Virus record (IMG/VR): IMGVR_UViG_651324073_000003
Span: 1-64,000 of that record
DNA from: a virus
Taxonomy: Duplodnaviria > Caudoviricetes
Length of the DNA: 64,000 bases
Strand: one strand, 5' to 3'
The notes beneath the pieces were generated by a model, which was given only the letters and a program-made list of their open reading frames with translations, was not told the DNA's origin and ran no database searches. Below, one piece after another: positions 35,727-46,082 of the stretch; the first letter of the stretch is position 1; every line of letters starts with the position of its first letter. The position numbers and the translations under genes are program-made.

Positions 35727-35970
35727 GCCCTCTCCCCTCGCCCTGCGCGCGCGAATCCTTGGTCTGCGCTGGCGCCGTGCCCATGCCGCGATCCGCGTGC
35801 TGGCCGCCGACAGCATCGCCGCGCAGACGGATTTCCTCGGCGCCGACGGCCTGGCCCGCATGCGCGCCACCGATTTCCAGATCGAGACCTCGCACGTCCT
35901 GCGCGAGATCGAGCACCAGCTGCGGCGCACCCGCCGCACCCTCAACCACCTGAAGGAGTACCGGGCATGA
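35719..35970 (+). CDS. Hypothetical protein
   Basis: Coupled to the exonuclease gene. Confidence 0.55.
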   Translation: MNKPSPLALRARILGLRWRRAHAAIRVLAADSIAAQTDFLGADGLARMRATDFQIETSHVLREIEHQLRRTRRTLNHLKEYRA

Positions 35971-36917
35971 ATGCGCCTGAAAGGATTGCGGTCCCGGACC
36001 GCTCGAAGTTCATCGGCGGCAGTGACGCCGCCGCCATCCTCGGCGTCTCGCCGTGGGTCACGCCGTTCATGCTCTTCCAGAAGAAGACCGGCGCCTACGT
36101 CGAAGAGATCACGCCGGCCAAGCAGCGGATTCTGGATCGCGGCCACCGGTGGGAACCCATCGTGCTGGAAATGCTGGTCGACGAGCTGCGCGACCGCGGC
36201 CACGACGTGGAAGTGCTCGCCACCGGCCAGCGCTACCAGGACGCCGAGCTGCCGTTCCTCGCCTGCGAGCTCGACGCCGAGCTGCTGATCGACGGCGAAG
36301 AAACGAACGCCGAGATGAAGACGGCCAGCTACTTCGCGTCCGGCGCCTGGGGCGATCGCGACAGCAACGAAGTGCCGATCTACTACGCCGCGCAGGTAAT
36401 GCACGGGCTGATGGTCAAGCCGCGCCGGCGCGCCGTTGTGGCTGCCGTCACCGGCTTCGATGAAAGCCCGATGGTGCGCTGGATCGACCGCGACGAGGAG
36501 ACGATCGCCGCCATTCGTGCCCGAGAGGTCGAGTTCTGGCAACGCATCCAGGACGGCATGCCGCCCGATCCGGTCACGCCCGAGGACGTGAAGTGGCTGT
36601 ACCCGAAGGACAGCGGCGTCTCCATCGAAGCCGATGAGGAGCTGATCAACGCCTGCGCGCAACTGAAGGTGCTCAAGCGCGACGCCAAGATCATCGACGG
36701 CGACATCGAGATCCTCGCCACCAAGATCAAGGCGCGCATGGGTTCGGCCGCGGTGCTGCTGGGCGCCGATGGCAAGCCCTTGGCGACCTGGAAGACCAAC
36801 AAGGACGGCACGACCACCGACTGGCAGGCCGCCTATCTCGATCTCAACCCCGAACCCACCCACATCACGGGCTTCCAGTCCGTGAAGACCGGCGCCCGCC
36901 CCTTCCTCGTGAAATGA
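35967..36917 (+). CDS. YqaJ/lambda-type viral recombination exonuclease
   Basis: IGGSDAAAILG.SPW.TP, ELDA..EMKT, YYAAQV. Confidence 0.92.
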   Translation: MNAPERIAVPDRSKFIGGSDAAAILGVSPWVTPFMLFQKKTGAYVEEITPAKQRILDRGHRWEPIVLEMLVDELRDRGHDVEVLATGQRYQDAELPFLACELDAELLIDGEETNAEMKTASYFASGAWGDRDSNEVPIYYAAQVMHGLMVKPRRRAVVAAVTGFDESPMVRWIDRDEETIAAIRAREVEFWQRIQDGMPPDPVTPEDVKWLYPKDSGVSIEADEELINACAQLKVLKRDAKIIDGDIEILATKIKARMGSAAVLLGADGKPLATWKTNKDGTTTDWQAAYLDLNPEPTHITGFQSVKTGARPFLVK

Positions 36918-36928
36918 CAGGAGAGAAC

Positions 36929-38014
36929 ATGTCCACCGCAACCCAACAACTCCGCGCGGTCGCAACCGCGATGACCGGTCCGGAACTGGCTGCTGCCGCA
37001 AAGCAGACCGCGCAGCAGGCCGGCTCCGCCACGGTGAAGAAATTCTTCGAGGCGAACCGCGGCACGCTGGAAGCGCTGCTGCCGCGCCATTTCGACAGCG
37101 AGCGCATGCTGAAGCTCGCGCTGGGCGCGCTGCGCACCACGCCGAAGCTCGCCAATGCCAGCCTGTCGTCACTGCTCGGCTCGGTCGTGACCTGCGCCCA
37201 GCTCGGTCTGGAGCCGAACACGCCGCTTGGCCACGCCTACCTGCTGCCGTTCGACAAGCGCGAAAAGCAGAACGGCCAGTGGGTGACCGTCGAGACGCAG
37301 GTGCAGGTGATCATCGGCTACAAGGGCATGCTGGACCTCGCCCGTCGCAGCGGCCAGATCGTCAGCATCGCCGCCCATGAGGTGTGCCAGAACGATGAAT
37401 TCGTCTTCGCCTATGGCCTGAACGAGGAGCTGGTCCATCGGCCGGCCATGAAGGACCGCGGCCCGGTCATCGGCTTCTACGCTGTGGCCAAGCTCACCGG
37501 CGGTGGCTACTCGTTCGAGTTCATGAGCGTGGATGAGGTCAATCACATCCGCGACAAGGCGGCCGAGAAGAACCGCGCCAAGCGGGACGCGGCCGGCAAC
37601 CCGATCATCACCGGCCCGTGGGCGGACAACTACGTCGAGATGGGCCGCAAGACTGTCCTGCGCCGCCTGTTCAAGTACCTGCCCATCAGCATCGAGTCGC
37701 TGGCCTTCGCGTCGGCCGTTGATGGCCAGGCGATCCGCGAGCCTGCGCCGCTGGAGCAGGTGGCCTTCGAGTCCTCGGAGCCGGCAGAGGAGCCCACCAG
37801 CTACGACCAGCAGGATGAGGATCTCCGCGCGCTTGAACAGTCGCAGCCCGCCCGCGTTCCGCCGGTGCAGGTCGAACAGCCGGCCGAGGCGTGGCAGCCG
37901 TCCGCCGAGGAAGCGGCCGAACTGGAGCGCCAGCAAGCGGCCGAGGCCGCCGCCGATCAGCAGCGTGCCAGCGCCCCGCGCGGCCGTGGCCAGCGTTCGA
38001 TGAGCCTGGAGTAA
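36929..38014 (+). CDS. recT: RecT single-strand annealing protein
   Basis: AQLGLEPN..LGHAYLLPF, IIGYKGMLDLARRSG, EMGRKTVLRRL.KYLP. Confidence 0.93.
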   Translation: MSTATQQLRAVATAMTGPELAAAAKQTAQQAGSATVKKFFEANRGTLEALLPRHFDSERMLKLALGALRTTPKLANASLSSLLGSVVTCAQLGLEPNTPLGHAYLLPFDKREKQNGQWVTVETQVQVIIGYKGMLDLARRSGQIVSIAAHEVCQNDEFVFAYGLNEELVHRPAMKDRGPVIGFYAVAKLTGGGYSFEFMSVDEVNHIRDKAAEKNRAKRDAAGNPIITGPWADNYVEMGRKTVLRRLFKYLPISIESLAFASAVDGQAIREPAPLEQVAFESSEPAEEPTSYDQQDEDLRALEQSQPARVPPVQVEQPAEAWQPSAEEAAELERQQAAEAAADQQRASAPRGRGQRSMSLE

Positions 38015-38020
38015 GCCGCC

Positions 38021-38962
38021 ATGATCCGGACCGCAATCGCCTACCACCTCCCGTCCGGCTGGCCGTGGGATGCCGCCGGCACCGCCGAGCTGCTGTCGCG
38101 CCGCGTCTTCCAGCCGTGCTCGCCGTCGCAGACGGAATCCAGCGGCTTCGTGCCGCCCCGCGACCAGGCCGAGCTGTGCCACGAAGTGCATGGCCGCTAC
38201 CTCGTCTGCTTCCAGGTCGAAGAGAAGCTGCTGCCGTCGGCCGTCATCCAGGAACACGTCGACATCCGTGTCGCCGACATCGAGGCGGAGCAAGGCTACA
38301 AGCCCGGCCGCCGCGAGGTGCGCGAGATCAAGGACGCCGTCACCCGCGAACTGTTGGAGATGGCCTTCACGCGCAAGCGCCAGACCTTCGCGTGGATCTG
38401 CCGTCAGCGCGGCCTGCTGATTGTGGCCGCCAACAGTGCGAACAAGGCCGACGAGATGCTGAGCGCGATGCGCGAGGCGCTGGAGAACATGCCGGTGTCG
38501 CTGGTGAAGACGGCGCTCACGCCGGCGAGCGCCATGACCTCGTGGCTGGCCGCCGACGAGGCGCCGGAGCACTTCACGATCGACCGCGACTGCAAGCTGG
38601 TGTCGTCAGCCGAGAGCAAGGCCGCGGTCAGCTACACCCGGCACGCGCTCGATGCCGAGGAGATCCGTCACCACATCTACCAGGGCAAGCGCGCCGAGCA
38701 CCTGGGCCTGACCTTCCGCGACCGCATGAGCTTCATCCTCGGCAGCGAACTCGAGCTGAAGCGGATCGTGATGCTGGACGTGCTCACCGAGTCGCAAGAG
38801 CCGACCGACAACGAGATCGAGCACTTCGACGCGCAGTTCCTGCTGGAAGCCAGCGAGATCGAGCAGGCCTATCTGGCGCTGATCAACGCGCACGGCGGCA
38901 TCGAGGCGCCGCAACGGGATGACCTCGTTGATCGCGCTGAACAGGAAAGGAAGGCAGCATGA
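38021..38962 (+). CDS. rdgC: Recombination-associated protein RdgC
   Basis: SSGFVPP, EEKLLPS.VI, TIDRDC.L patterns. Confidence 0.88.
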   Translation: MIRTAIAYHLPSGWPWDAAGTAELLSRRVFQPCSPSQTESSGFVPPRDQAELCHEVHGRYLVCFQVEEKLLPSAVIQEHVDIRVADIEAEQGYKPGRREVREIKDAVTRELLEMAFTRKRQTFAWICRQRGLLIVAANSANKADEMLSAMREALENMPVSLVKTALTPASAMTSWLAADEAPEHFTIDRDCKLVSSAESKAAVSYTRHALDAEEIRHHIYQGKRAEHLGLTFRDRMSFILGSELELKRIVMLDVLTESQEPTDNEIEHFDAQFLLEASEIEQAYLALINAHGGIEAPQRDDLVDRAEQERKAA

Positions 38963-40791
38963 AAATCACCCGCATCTCCGCCCAGAACTACCTGGGCATC
39001 CGCGCGGCCGATATCGCACTCGATCGCCCGGTCCAGCTCTTCGCAGGCCGCAACGGCGCCGGCAAGTCCAGCCTGATGGAAGGCATCCGCCACGCGCTCA
39101 CCGGTGAAACGGTCCGCGTCAGCCTGAAGAAGGACTACGGCTCGCTGCTCACCGAGGGCGCCGAATCCGGCTTCGTGGAAGTCCTGTCCGATGGCGGCGC
39201 CTACGCCGTGGCTCTGCCGAGCGGCAAGGGCGCGGCGAGCGGCGAAACTGCGCTGCCGTACCTGCTGGACGCCCAGCGCTTCGCGAGCCTGTCGCCCGAT
39301 GAGCGGCGCGCCTTCCTGTTCGGGCTCATGGGCCTGTCCTCGTCCGGCGACGCGGTGAAGAAGCGCCTGGCCGACAAGGGCTTCGACGGCGCCCGCGTCG
39401 CGCTGGTGATGCCGCTGCTGCGCGCCGGCTTCGAAGCGGCATGCAAGGAAGCCCAGAACCGCGCCCGCGATGCGAAGGCAGCGTGGAAGACCGTCACCGG
39501 CGGCGAGACCTGGGGCAAGGACAAGGCGGCCGGCTGGCGGCCCGCTGCGCTGCCGGAGGGTGCTGCGAAGGCGCCGGGGCTGCTGGAGAACGCCCGCGCC
39601 AAGCTGGCGGAGGCCGACGGTGCACTGGCCACGGCCCAGCAGGCGCTGGGCGCTGCGCGGTCCGCAGCACAGGCCCGCGAGGAGCAGGAGCAGCAGCGCG
39701 TGCAGCTCGAGGAGCGCGCCGGCCGCCTGGAGCGCATCCGCGCGAAGCTCGCCAAGGACGAAGCGGAGCTGGCCGACTGGGAGCAGAAGGTCGCCGATGC
39801 GAAGGCCGCAGCCGGCGGCGCGAAGAAGGTGCGCGCCGTGCTCGAGGATGCCGTGCTGCGCGGCCTGGCCGAAGTTGCCGCCGAGTTTCTGACCATCGCC
39901 GAGACCAGCACCGGCATCGTCGTGAGCGAATCCGGCGAGATCCTCGAATGGGATCAGGGGCTGATGAACCGTGCCCGTGCGCACGTCACCGAGTACCGCG
40001 CGCAGAGCGGCGCCGCGCCAGCGGAGGACGCGCAGTCGGCGTCGAAGCTGGCCGAGTACGAGAAGGCCCGCGACCTGCTGAAGAGCGCGGTGGCCAACGG
40101 TCGCCGCGATCTGGCCGCAGCCGAAGCCGCCGAAGCGCAGCTGGTGGAGCTGGACAAGGCCGCTGCCGGCGGCGATGCGCAGAACTTCGACGAGCTGCGC
40201 GAGGACGTGCAGCAGAAGATCGAGGCGCGCGACGCGTGGCGGGCCGACGTCGCCAAGTACCAGGCGCTGACCGAGCAGGCCGCGCGGCAGGAGAAGGTCG
40301 TCACCGAAGCAGCCCTGCACCACACCGACGTGCTCGCATGGCTGGAGATCGCCGACGCGCTGTCGCCGGACGGCATCCCGGGCGAGATGCTGGCCGAGGC
40401 GCTGGACCCGATCAACCAGCGCCTACTGCGGAGCAGCGAAGCCAGCAACTGGGAGCGGGTCGTCATCCACACGGACATGCGCGTGACCTGCGGCCTGCGC
40501 CCCTACGCGCTGCTCAGCGAGTCCGAGAAGTGGCGCGCCGACGCAATGATCGCCGAGGCCGTGAGCTACCTCTCCGGGCTGCGCCTGCTGGTGCTCGACC
40601 GGTTCGACGTGCTGGACCTGACCGGCCGCGCGGACGCGCTGGAATGGCTGGACGCACTGACCGAGGCCGACGAGATCGACACAGCACTGGTGTTCGGGAC
40701 GCTCAAGGCGCTGCCCGGTGGTCTGCCGGACAGCATGCAGGCGCACTGGATCGATGGCGGTGTCGTGGGCCAGATGCGGGAGGCGGCGTGA
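38959..40791 (+). CDS. SMC/Rad50-like coiled-coil ATPase
   Basis: Walker A GRNGAGKSS, long coiled coil, LSESEK signature, LVLDRFD. Confidence 0.85.
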   Translation: MKITRISAQNYLGIRAADIALDRPVQLFAGRNGAGKSSLMEGIRHALTGETVRVSLKKDYGSLLTEGAESGFVEVLSDGGAYAVALPSGKGAASGETALPYLLDAQRFASLSPDERRAFLFGLMGLSSSGDAVKKRLADKGFDGARVALVMPLLRAGFEAACKEAQNRARDAKAAWKTVTGGETWGKDKAAGWRPAALPEGAAKAPGLLENARAKLAEADGALATAQQALGAARSAAQAREEQEQQRVQLEERAGRLERIRAKLAKDEAELADWEQKVADAKAAAGGAKKVRAVLEDAVLRGLAEVAAEFLTIAETSTGIVVSESGEILEWDQGLMNRARAHVTEYRAQSGAAPAEDAQSASKLAEYEKARDLLKSAVANGRRDLAAAEAAEAQLVELDKAAAGGDAQNFDELREDVQQKIEARDAWRADVAKYQALTEQAARQEKVVTEAALHHTDVLAWLEIADALSPDGIPGEMLAEALDPINQRLLRSSEASNWERVVIHTDMRVTCGLRPYALLSESEKWRADAMIAEAVSYLSGLRLLVLDRFDVLDLTGRADALEWLDALTEADEIDTALVFGTLKALPGGLPDSMQAHWIDGGVVGQMREAA

Positions 40792-41987
40792 TGGACGACA
40801 TCGTGGATCGCCTCCGTGACCATCAGAACGGTGGCCGTCGCGCGGAGTGCGAAGAAGCTGCCAACCAGATCGAAGCTCTGCGCGACATGCTGGACAGCGC
40901 GCGGGCGGATATGGACGTGATGCGGAACGCCCTTGGCGTGCCTGTTGAGCCGCACCAGTCGCTCCTGGAGAGGATGGTCAAGGCGGCGCAGGCGAAGCGC
41001 GGAGTGGTGCCGGAGTGCGACGACGGCAAGCGCGTACTGCGGGAAGTCTTCGCACTGTGTGAAGACACAGAGGCCAAGTGCTCCGACGAACCTGGCGATT
41101 TCGCTCGTGGGAGGCGGTTTGAAGCCAAGGGCATCGCCCGCGCAATTGGGGCTTGGTATCAAGAAGAATTTTGCGGCCGCTCGCACATGGGGGAGCCCGC
41201 CGCCCCTGCGCCCGACCATTTTCGTGACGCCGCGAAAATGGCCCCGGTGCATTGCACGCCGACAGAGCACGACGGCCGGATCGTCTATGAGCACACATCA
41301 GAGCCGATCCCCAATGCAGATGGATTCGTGCTCTACGCCGCGCCAGCGCCCGATCGATTTCGAGCTGCCGCGAAGATGATGGCCGTCCAACCTGCGTGCA
41401 TGACTTGCAGTGGTCACGGAATGGTCGGCGGCTTGCTGCCCAACGGCGGGGGCTATCAGGCCGACCCGTGCCCCGATTGCGCCGCGCCAGTAACGGCAGG
41501 GGTGCCGATGCCGAAGCCCGTAGCGTATGGCTTCGGCAACACAGCGATAACCGGCCACACCAATCGGTTGATGATGGTGCGCCTCGACGTTCCCCTTGAT
41601 GACCAGTACGCAGGAGCTTTCTGGCTGCCGCTCGTGCTGGCTGACGAGGCGCGGCAATACGGCGCCGCCTGCCGTGCTGCTGGCGAGGCTGCGGGATACG
41701 CTCGGGGGCTGGCGGAGGCCGGGCGGGATACGGCCCCAGTGGTTCAAAACGGGGAGGTGTTGGTAACTGTCACGGGCCTTACAGGGAGCGGGAAAAGCGC
41801 AATCGCTGGCGAAATTGAGATCATGTGCCGGGCACTCGGTCTTGATGCTGAGTGGGTTGACGGCGCCGCAGAGAAGCACTTGACGCATGCCGGCTGGACA
41901 GAGGCGCTAGAAATGTACCGGCCGCGCGTCAGAATCGTTGAGGCGAATATCCCTCGAACAGACGCCGCCCTGCGCGGGGAGGTGTAG
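40791..41987 (+). CDS. Mosaic early-region hypothetical protein (398 aa)
   Basis: ATG 40791 coupled to the ATPase stop; internal repeats and CxxC motifs. Confidence 0.6.
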   Translation: MDDIVDRLRDHQNGGRRAECEEAANQIEALRDMLDSARADMDVMRNALGVPVEPHQSLLERMVKAAQAKRGVVPECDDGKRVLREVFALCEDTEAKCSDEPGDFARGRRFEAKGIARAIGAWYQEEFCGRSHMGEPAAPAPDHFRDAAKMAPVHCTPTEHDGRIVYEHTSEPIPNADGFVLYAAPAPDRFRAAAKMMAVQPACMTCSGHGMVGGLLPNGGGYQADPCPDCAAPVTAGVPMPKPVAYGFGNTAITGHTNRLMMVRLDVPLDDQYAGAFWLPLVLADEARQYGAACRAAGEAAGYARGLAEAGRDTAPVVQNGEVLVTVTGLTGSGKSAIAGEIEIMCRALGLDAEWVDGAAEKHLTHAGWTEALEMYRPRVRIVEANIPRTDAALRGEV

Positions 41988-41989
41988 CC

Positions 41990-42568
41990 GTGAGCATGGA
42001 CATCGTGAGCCGTCTGCGCTGCGTGCTGAAAGGCGACAAGACGGCGCAGGCCGGGGCGGATGAAATCGAACGCCTGCGCGCCGAGATCGAACGCCTGAAC
42101 TCCTGCCTGCGCTACGAACAGCACCGCGCAGGGCGCATCGGAACGTGTGGCCCGGGGTGCGAGACGTGGGGGCCGGCGCACTATGAGTGTGCGGTGCGGG
42201 AACTCGCCGCCAGCCGTGAGCGCGAGGCGCGGATGCGGTGGCAGCCGATTGAAACGGCGCCGAAGGATGGCAGTCTGTTCTTGTGCTGGGTTTATGCCGT
42301 GCGCTACGGGGAGACGGACGATGGCCAGCGGTACCAGCAAGATGTATCACAAGTTGACTTTTGCTCTTGGCGCGAAGGGCCGTCAGACCTGCGTGACCAC
42401 GGCTACTTTGACCCATGCTGCGGTCAAATTGCAGATCATCAGGACGTGACGCACTGGATGCCGTTGCCAGTTCCGCCCCGCGTCGCACTCGATGAAGGAG
42501 CGCAGCCGAAACAGCCGCTCGACCTGGTGGCGCAGACCCGCGAGGCGCGGAAGGGTGGTGCGGCATGA
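41990..42568 (+). CDS. DUF551-like early protein
   Basis: [11 protein letters not shown]...VTHWMPLP. Confidence 0.7.
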   Translation: MSMDIVSRLRCVLKGDKTAQAGADEIERLRAEIERLNSCLRYEQHRAGRIGTCGPGCETWGPAHYECAVRELAASREREARMRWQPIETAPKDGSLFLCWVYAVRYGETDDGQRYQQDVSQVDFCSWREGPSDLRDHGYFDPCCGQIADHQDVTHWMPLPVPPRVALDEGAQPKQPLDLVAQTREARKGGAA

Positions 42569-43794
42569 GGTACCTATCCGTTTGCTCGGGCATTGAAGCC
42601 GCGACAGCGGCGTGGCATCCACTCGGATGGCAGCCGGTCGCGTTTTCGGAGGTCGATGCTTTTCCGTCTGCCGTCCTCGCCCACCACTACCCTCACGTGC
42701 CCAATCTGGGCGACATGACCAAGTTCGAGGACTGGCCTGATGCAGATGTCGATGTTCTTGTCGGAGGAACGCCCTGCCAATCCTTCAGCGTCGCAGGACT
42801 CAGAAAGGGATTGGGCGACCCGCGTGGCAACCTCATGCTCACCTTTGGCGCAATTGCTCACCGATATAGGCCCGAGTGGCTGGTATGGGAGAACGTCCCC
42901 GGCGTCTTGTCGAGCAACGGAGGACGGGACTTTGGAACCTTCCTCGGGATGCTGGGCGAACTCGGGTATGGGTTCGCCTACCGAGTTTTGGACGCTCAGT
43001 ACTTTGGAGTGGCCCAGCGACGCCGCCGTGTGTTCGTTGTCGGATGTGCTGGAAACTGGCGCCGTGCCGCAGCGGTTCTTTTTGAGCGCCACAGCCTGCA
43101 ACGGAATCCTGCGCCGCGCCGAGAAGCGCGGGAAAGTGCTGCCGGGACCATTGCGGGCGGCGCTCGAAAGAGTGGCGGGTACAGCACCGACGATATCCCT
43201 GTGATCATTGCCCAGGCCATGAGTGCGAAATGGTCGAAGGGCACGGCAGGGCCGGCAGGGGATGAGCACCACAACCTGATTCCTGTTCCCGAGGTGACGC
43301 ACGCGCTGAGGGGCGAGGGATTCGACGCCAGCGAGGACGGAACTGGAAGAGGCACGCCTCTTGTTCCAGTGCCGTTCGATACCACGCAGATCACCAGCGC
43401 GAAGAACTACAGCCACCCGCAGTCCGGCGATCCGTGTCATCCCCTTGCCGCCGGGTCGCATGCGCCGGCCATCTGTTTCAGTGCGAAGGACCACGGCGCC
43501 GACGCGCAGCAGGATCTGGCGCCGACACTGCGCGCTGGTGGCCACGCTGGAAGCCATGCAAACGCAGGGGTGATGCCGGCGATTCAGCTGGGCATGCGCG
43601 TCCGCCGCCTCACCCCGCGCGAATGCGAACGCCTTCAGGGTTTCCCAGACGATTACACCGCGGTCCTCGTAAGAGGCCGGTCGGCAGCCGATGGCCCGCG
43701 CTACAAAGCACTGGGCAACAGCATGGCAGTTCCGGTTATGCGCTGGATTGGGCATCGAATCAGCACCGTGAATCAGATCCGGAGGGCCGCCTGA
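42565..43794 (+). CDS. DNA (cytosine-5) methyltransferase
   Basis: [49 protein letters not shown]. Confidence 0.93.
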   Translation: MRYLSVCSGIEAATAAWHPLGWQPVAFSEVDAFPSAVLAHHYPHVPNLGDMTKFEDWPDADVDVLVGGTPCQSFSVAGLRKGLGDPRGNLMLTFGAIAHRYRPEWLVWENVPGVLSSNGGRDFGTFLGMLGELGYGFAYRVLDAQYFGVAQRRRRVFVVGCAGNWRRAAAVLFERHSLQRNPAPRREARESAAGTIAGGARKSGGYSTDDIPVIIAQAMSAKWSKGTAGPAGDEHHNLIPVPEVTHALRGEGFDASEDGTGRGTPLVPVPFDTTQITSAKNYSHPQSGDPCHPLAAGSHAPAICFSAKDHGADAQQDLAPTLRAGGHAGSHANAGVMPAIQLGMRVRRLTPRECERLQGFPDDYTAVLVRGRSAADGPRYKALGNSMAVPVMRWIGHRISTVNQIRRAA

Positions 43795-44231
43795 TGCGTA
43801 AGCGCACACCCCGCTCCCGCCGCCCGAAGACCCCGCCCTGCCTCATCGCCGTCGGGATGAACAACAAGCACGAGGGCGCCATGTACTCAGCGGTTCAGGC
43901 GTTCCGCCGCGGCGAGGCCACGGCCGACCACTTCCTGGACCTGTGTGACACCCGCGACATCACTGCCATCGCCCACAACATGCAGGGCCGGCACGTCGAC
44001 GGTCTGCGCGAGGCGCTGGAGGCGGCCGAGATCGCGCTGCTCAACATCCGCGACCGCCATCGCGATACCGGGCGGTTTGGCGCCTCGGCCGACGAGCTGG
44101 CTGCGCTGGCGCTGCTGGTCGATACCTACACGAATTACTGGCTCGCCCAGTCTGGGCACCTGTACGGGCTCGCGCGGGAGGAACTGCGCCGGGCCAGGCT
44201 GCGGGATAAGGGTGGGGAGAAGGCGGCATGA
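43794..44231 (+). CDS. Hypothetical protein
   Basis: TGATG-coupled; 145 aa. Confidence 0.6.
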   Translation: MRKRTPRSRRPKTPPCLIAVGMNNKHEGAMYSAVQAFRRGEATADHFLDLCDTRDITAIAHNMQGRHVDGLREALEAAEIALLNIRDRHRDTGRFGASADELAALALLVDTYTNYWLAQSGHLYGLAREELRRARLRDKGGEKAA

Positions 44232-44482
44232 GCGCACTGACCGAACGCCAGATGCACGACCTGGCCGGACGGCTGACGCGGTTGCGGTCGCTGGCATTCG
44301 AGGCCAATGAGGCCGCCACCGAAGAGGCTGCTGCGCGCCACCGCCGCCAATGGGCCGACTGCCAGTTCGCCTCCCAGTGGGCGGAGACCGTGCGTCAATA
44401 CGGCGAGAAAAACGCCCCGCCGTGGAACGAATCGCTGCGCGGACCGAAGCCGAAGATCGAAACGGAGAAACACGATGGCTGA
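44228..44482 (+). CDS. Hypothetical protein
   Basis: ATGA-coupled. Confidence 0.55.
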   Translation: MSALTERQMHDLAGRLTRLRSLAFEANEAATEEAAARHRRQWADCQFASQWAETVRQYGEKNAPPWNESLRGPKPKIETEKHDG

Positions 44483-45611
44483 GAACAGCGCAATCGAGTG
44501 GTGTGACGCCACCTTCAATCCGTGGATCGGCTGCACGAAGGTTTCGCCGGCCTGCGACCACTGCTATGCAGAGCGCGATTTCGACCTGCGCCTGCGCGTC
44601 GTGCAGTGGGGCGCGGGACAGGCGCGGAAGCGGACGAGTTACGCGAACTGGAAGCTGCCGCGGCAGTGGAATGCAAAGCCGTTCTTCCAGTGCGAGGACT
44701 GCGGACACCGCAGCGAGGGCGAAAAGTGGAGGGAAGTCGGCCCGAACATGGGGCTGACCGATAGCGGATACGCCTGCCCGCGATGCAATAGCCGGAGCAT
44801 GAACGAGGCCCGCCGCCGCGTGTTCTGCGCCAGCCTCGCCGACGTGTTCGACAACGAGGTGCCGGTGGAGTGGCGCCGCGACCTGTTCGACCTGATCGCG
44901 GCCACGCCGAACCTTGACTGGCTGCTGCTGACGAAGCGCATCGGGAACGCAAAGACCATGATGGCCGATGCGCTCCACCTGAATCCTGCTGCACAGGCAG
45001 AAGGCCGGATATGGCCCCTTCCGAACGTCTGGCTGGGCGCCACGATCTGCAACCAAGACGAGGCCGACCGCGACATCCCGAAGCTGCTTGAGGTGCCGGC
45101 GGCGGTGCGGTTCCTGAGCATCGAGCCGATGCTGGGGCCTATTTCGCTTACCAGCCACGGATTCATCGCGCCAGACGAGGACGGACCCGATCGTATCGGC
45201 TACATGGTCGGACCCGACGACGGTAAGAGCGGGCTTTGGCCGACGCGTGAGCAGGCGCTGTCCAAGAGCGGCCTGCACTGGATCATCGTCGGCGGCGAGA
45301 GCGGCCCGCACGCCCGGCCGATGCACCCGGAGTGGGCTCGCGATCTGCGCGACCAGTGCGCAGCAGCCGGCGTGCCGTTCCTGTTCAAGCAGTGGGGAGA
45401 GTTCTCGGCAGCGCCGCCAGCCTCTGTGAAGCCCGGAGAACGTTGGCCAGCAACGTCACGCCTGGTGCCCGTAAGCGGTAACACATACGCGTGGGAGAAC
45501 TTTCGCGCGCTTGAGGCTCGTGATCTGTGGATGCACCGCATCGGCAAGAAGGCCGCCGGCCGCCTGCTGGACGGTGTCGAGCACAACAGGTTCCCGGAGG
45601 TGCGGGCATGA
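44475..45611 (+). CDS. Phage Gp37/Gp68 (DUF5131) protein
   Basis: IEWCDATFNPWIGCTKVSPACDHCYAE, VFCASLADVF, WIIVGGESG, FLFKQWGE. Confidence 0.9.
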   Translation: MAENSAIEWCDATFNPWIGCTKVSPACDHCYAERDFDLRLRVVQWGAGQARKRTSYANWKLPRQWNAKPFFQCEDCGHRSEGEKWREVGPNMGLTDSGYACPRCNSRSMNEARRRVFCASLADVFDNEVPVEWRRDLFDLIAATPNLDWLLLTKRIGNAKTMMADALHLNPAAQAEGRIWPLPNVWLGATICNQDEADRDIPKLLEVPAAVRFLSIEPMLGPISLTSHGFIAPDEDGPDRIGYMVGPDDGKSGLWPTREQALSKSGLHWIIVGGESGPHARPMHPEWARDLRDQCAAAGVPFLFKQWGEFSAAPPASVKPGERWPATSRLVPVSGNTYAWENFRALEARDLWMHRIGKKAAGRLLDGVEHNRFPEVRA

Positions 45612-45778
45612 CCGACCGCCAATCCTGCATCCACTGCGCGCGCGTCTATCTCGCGCAGTCGCGGCACTTCACCGGCCGCCACCGCGGCTTCAGCTTCCGG
45701 CTGCTCGACTGGGCCGGAAACCAGCGCCGGAAGGCCATGGCGCTGCGCGATGCCACGGCACAGCAGTCGCTTTTCTGA
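45608..45778 (+). CDS. Small hypothetical protein (56 aa)
   Basis: ATGA-coupled, CxxC. Confidence 0.5.
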   Translation: MTDRQSCIHCARVYLAQSRHFTGRHRGFSFRLLDWAGNQRRKAMALRDATAQQSLF

Positions 45779-45787
45779 GGATTCACG

Positions 45788-46081
45788 ATGCCACTACCCT
45801 ACGAGAACACAAGCGGCGGCGGACTCTTCCTGACGGATACCGAGATCGCGCGCATCTGCGAACCGCTGGTCCAGCCGGCGGCACAGGTGCGGTTCCTGCG
45901 CGAACTGGGCCTGACCGTGGCCACGAAGCCGAACGGCCGCGCGCTGGTTGTTCGCAGCCATGCAGAAGCGGTACTGTCCGGGCGGAAGCATGCCGAACCG
46001 CAGCAGGGCACAACCGCGCCAGCTGCGGCACCGAACCGCTCAGGATTGATCGAGTTCATCAACCGGAGGCGAGCCGCCTGA
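45788..46081 (+). CDS. DUF4224 excisionase-like protein
   Basis: FLT..EI......QP.AQ.R.L..LG.....PNGR.LV; directly before integrase. Confidence 0.75.
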   Translation: MPLPYENTSGGGLFLTDTEIARICEPLVQPAAQVRFLRELGLTVATKPNGRALVVRSHAEAVLSGRKHAEPQQGTTAPAAAPNRSGLIEFINRRRAA

Positions 46082-46082
46082 A

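Noticed and set aside
39441-40790. 848-aa ORF 39441-41987
   Set aside because: The 5' part is an alternate frame of the ATPase; the real start is ATG 40791
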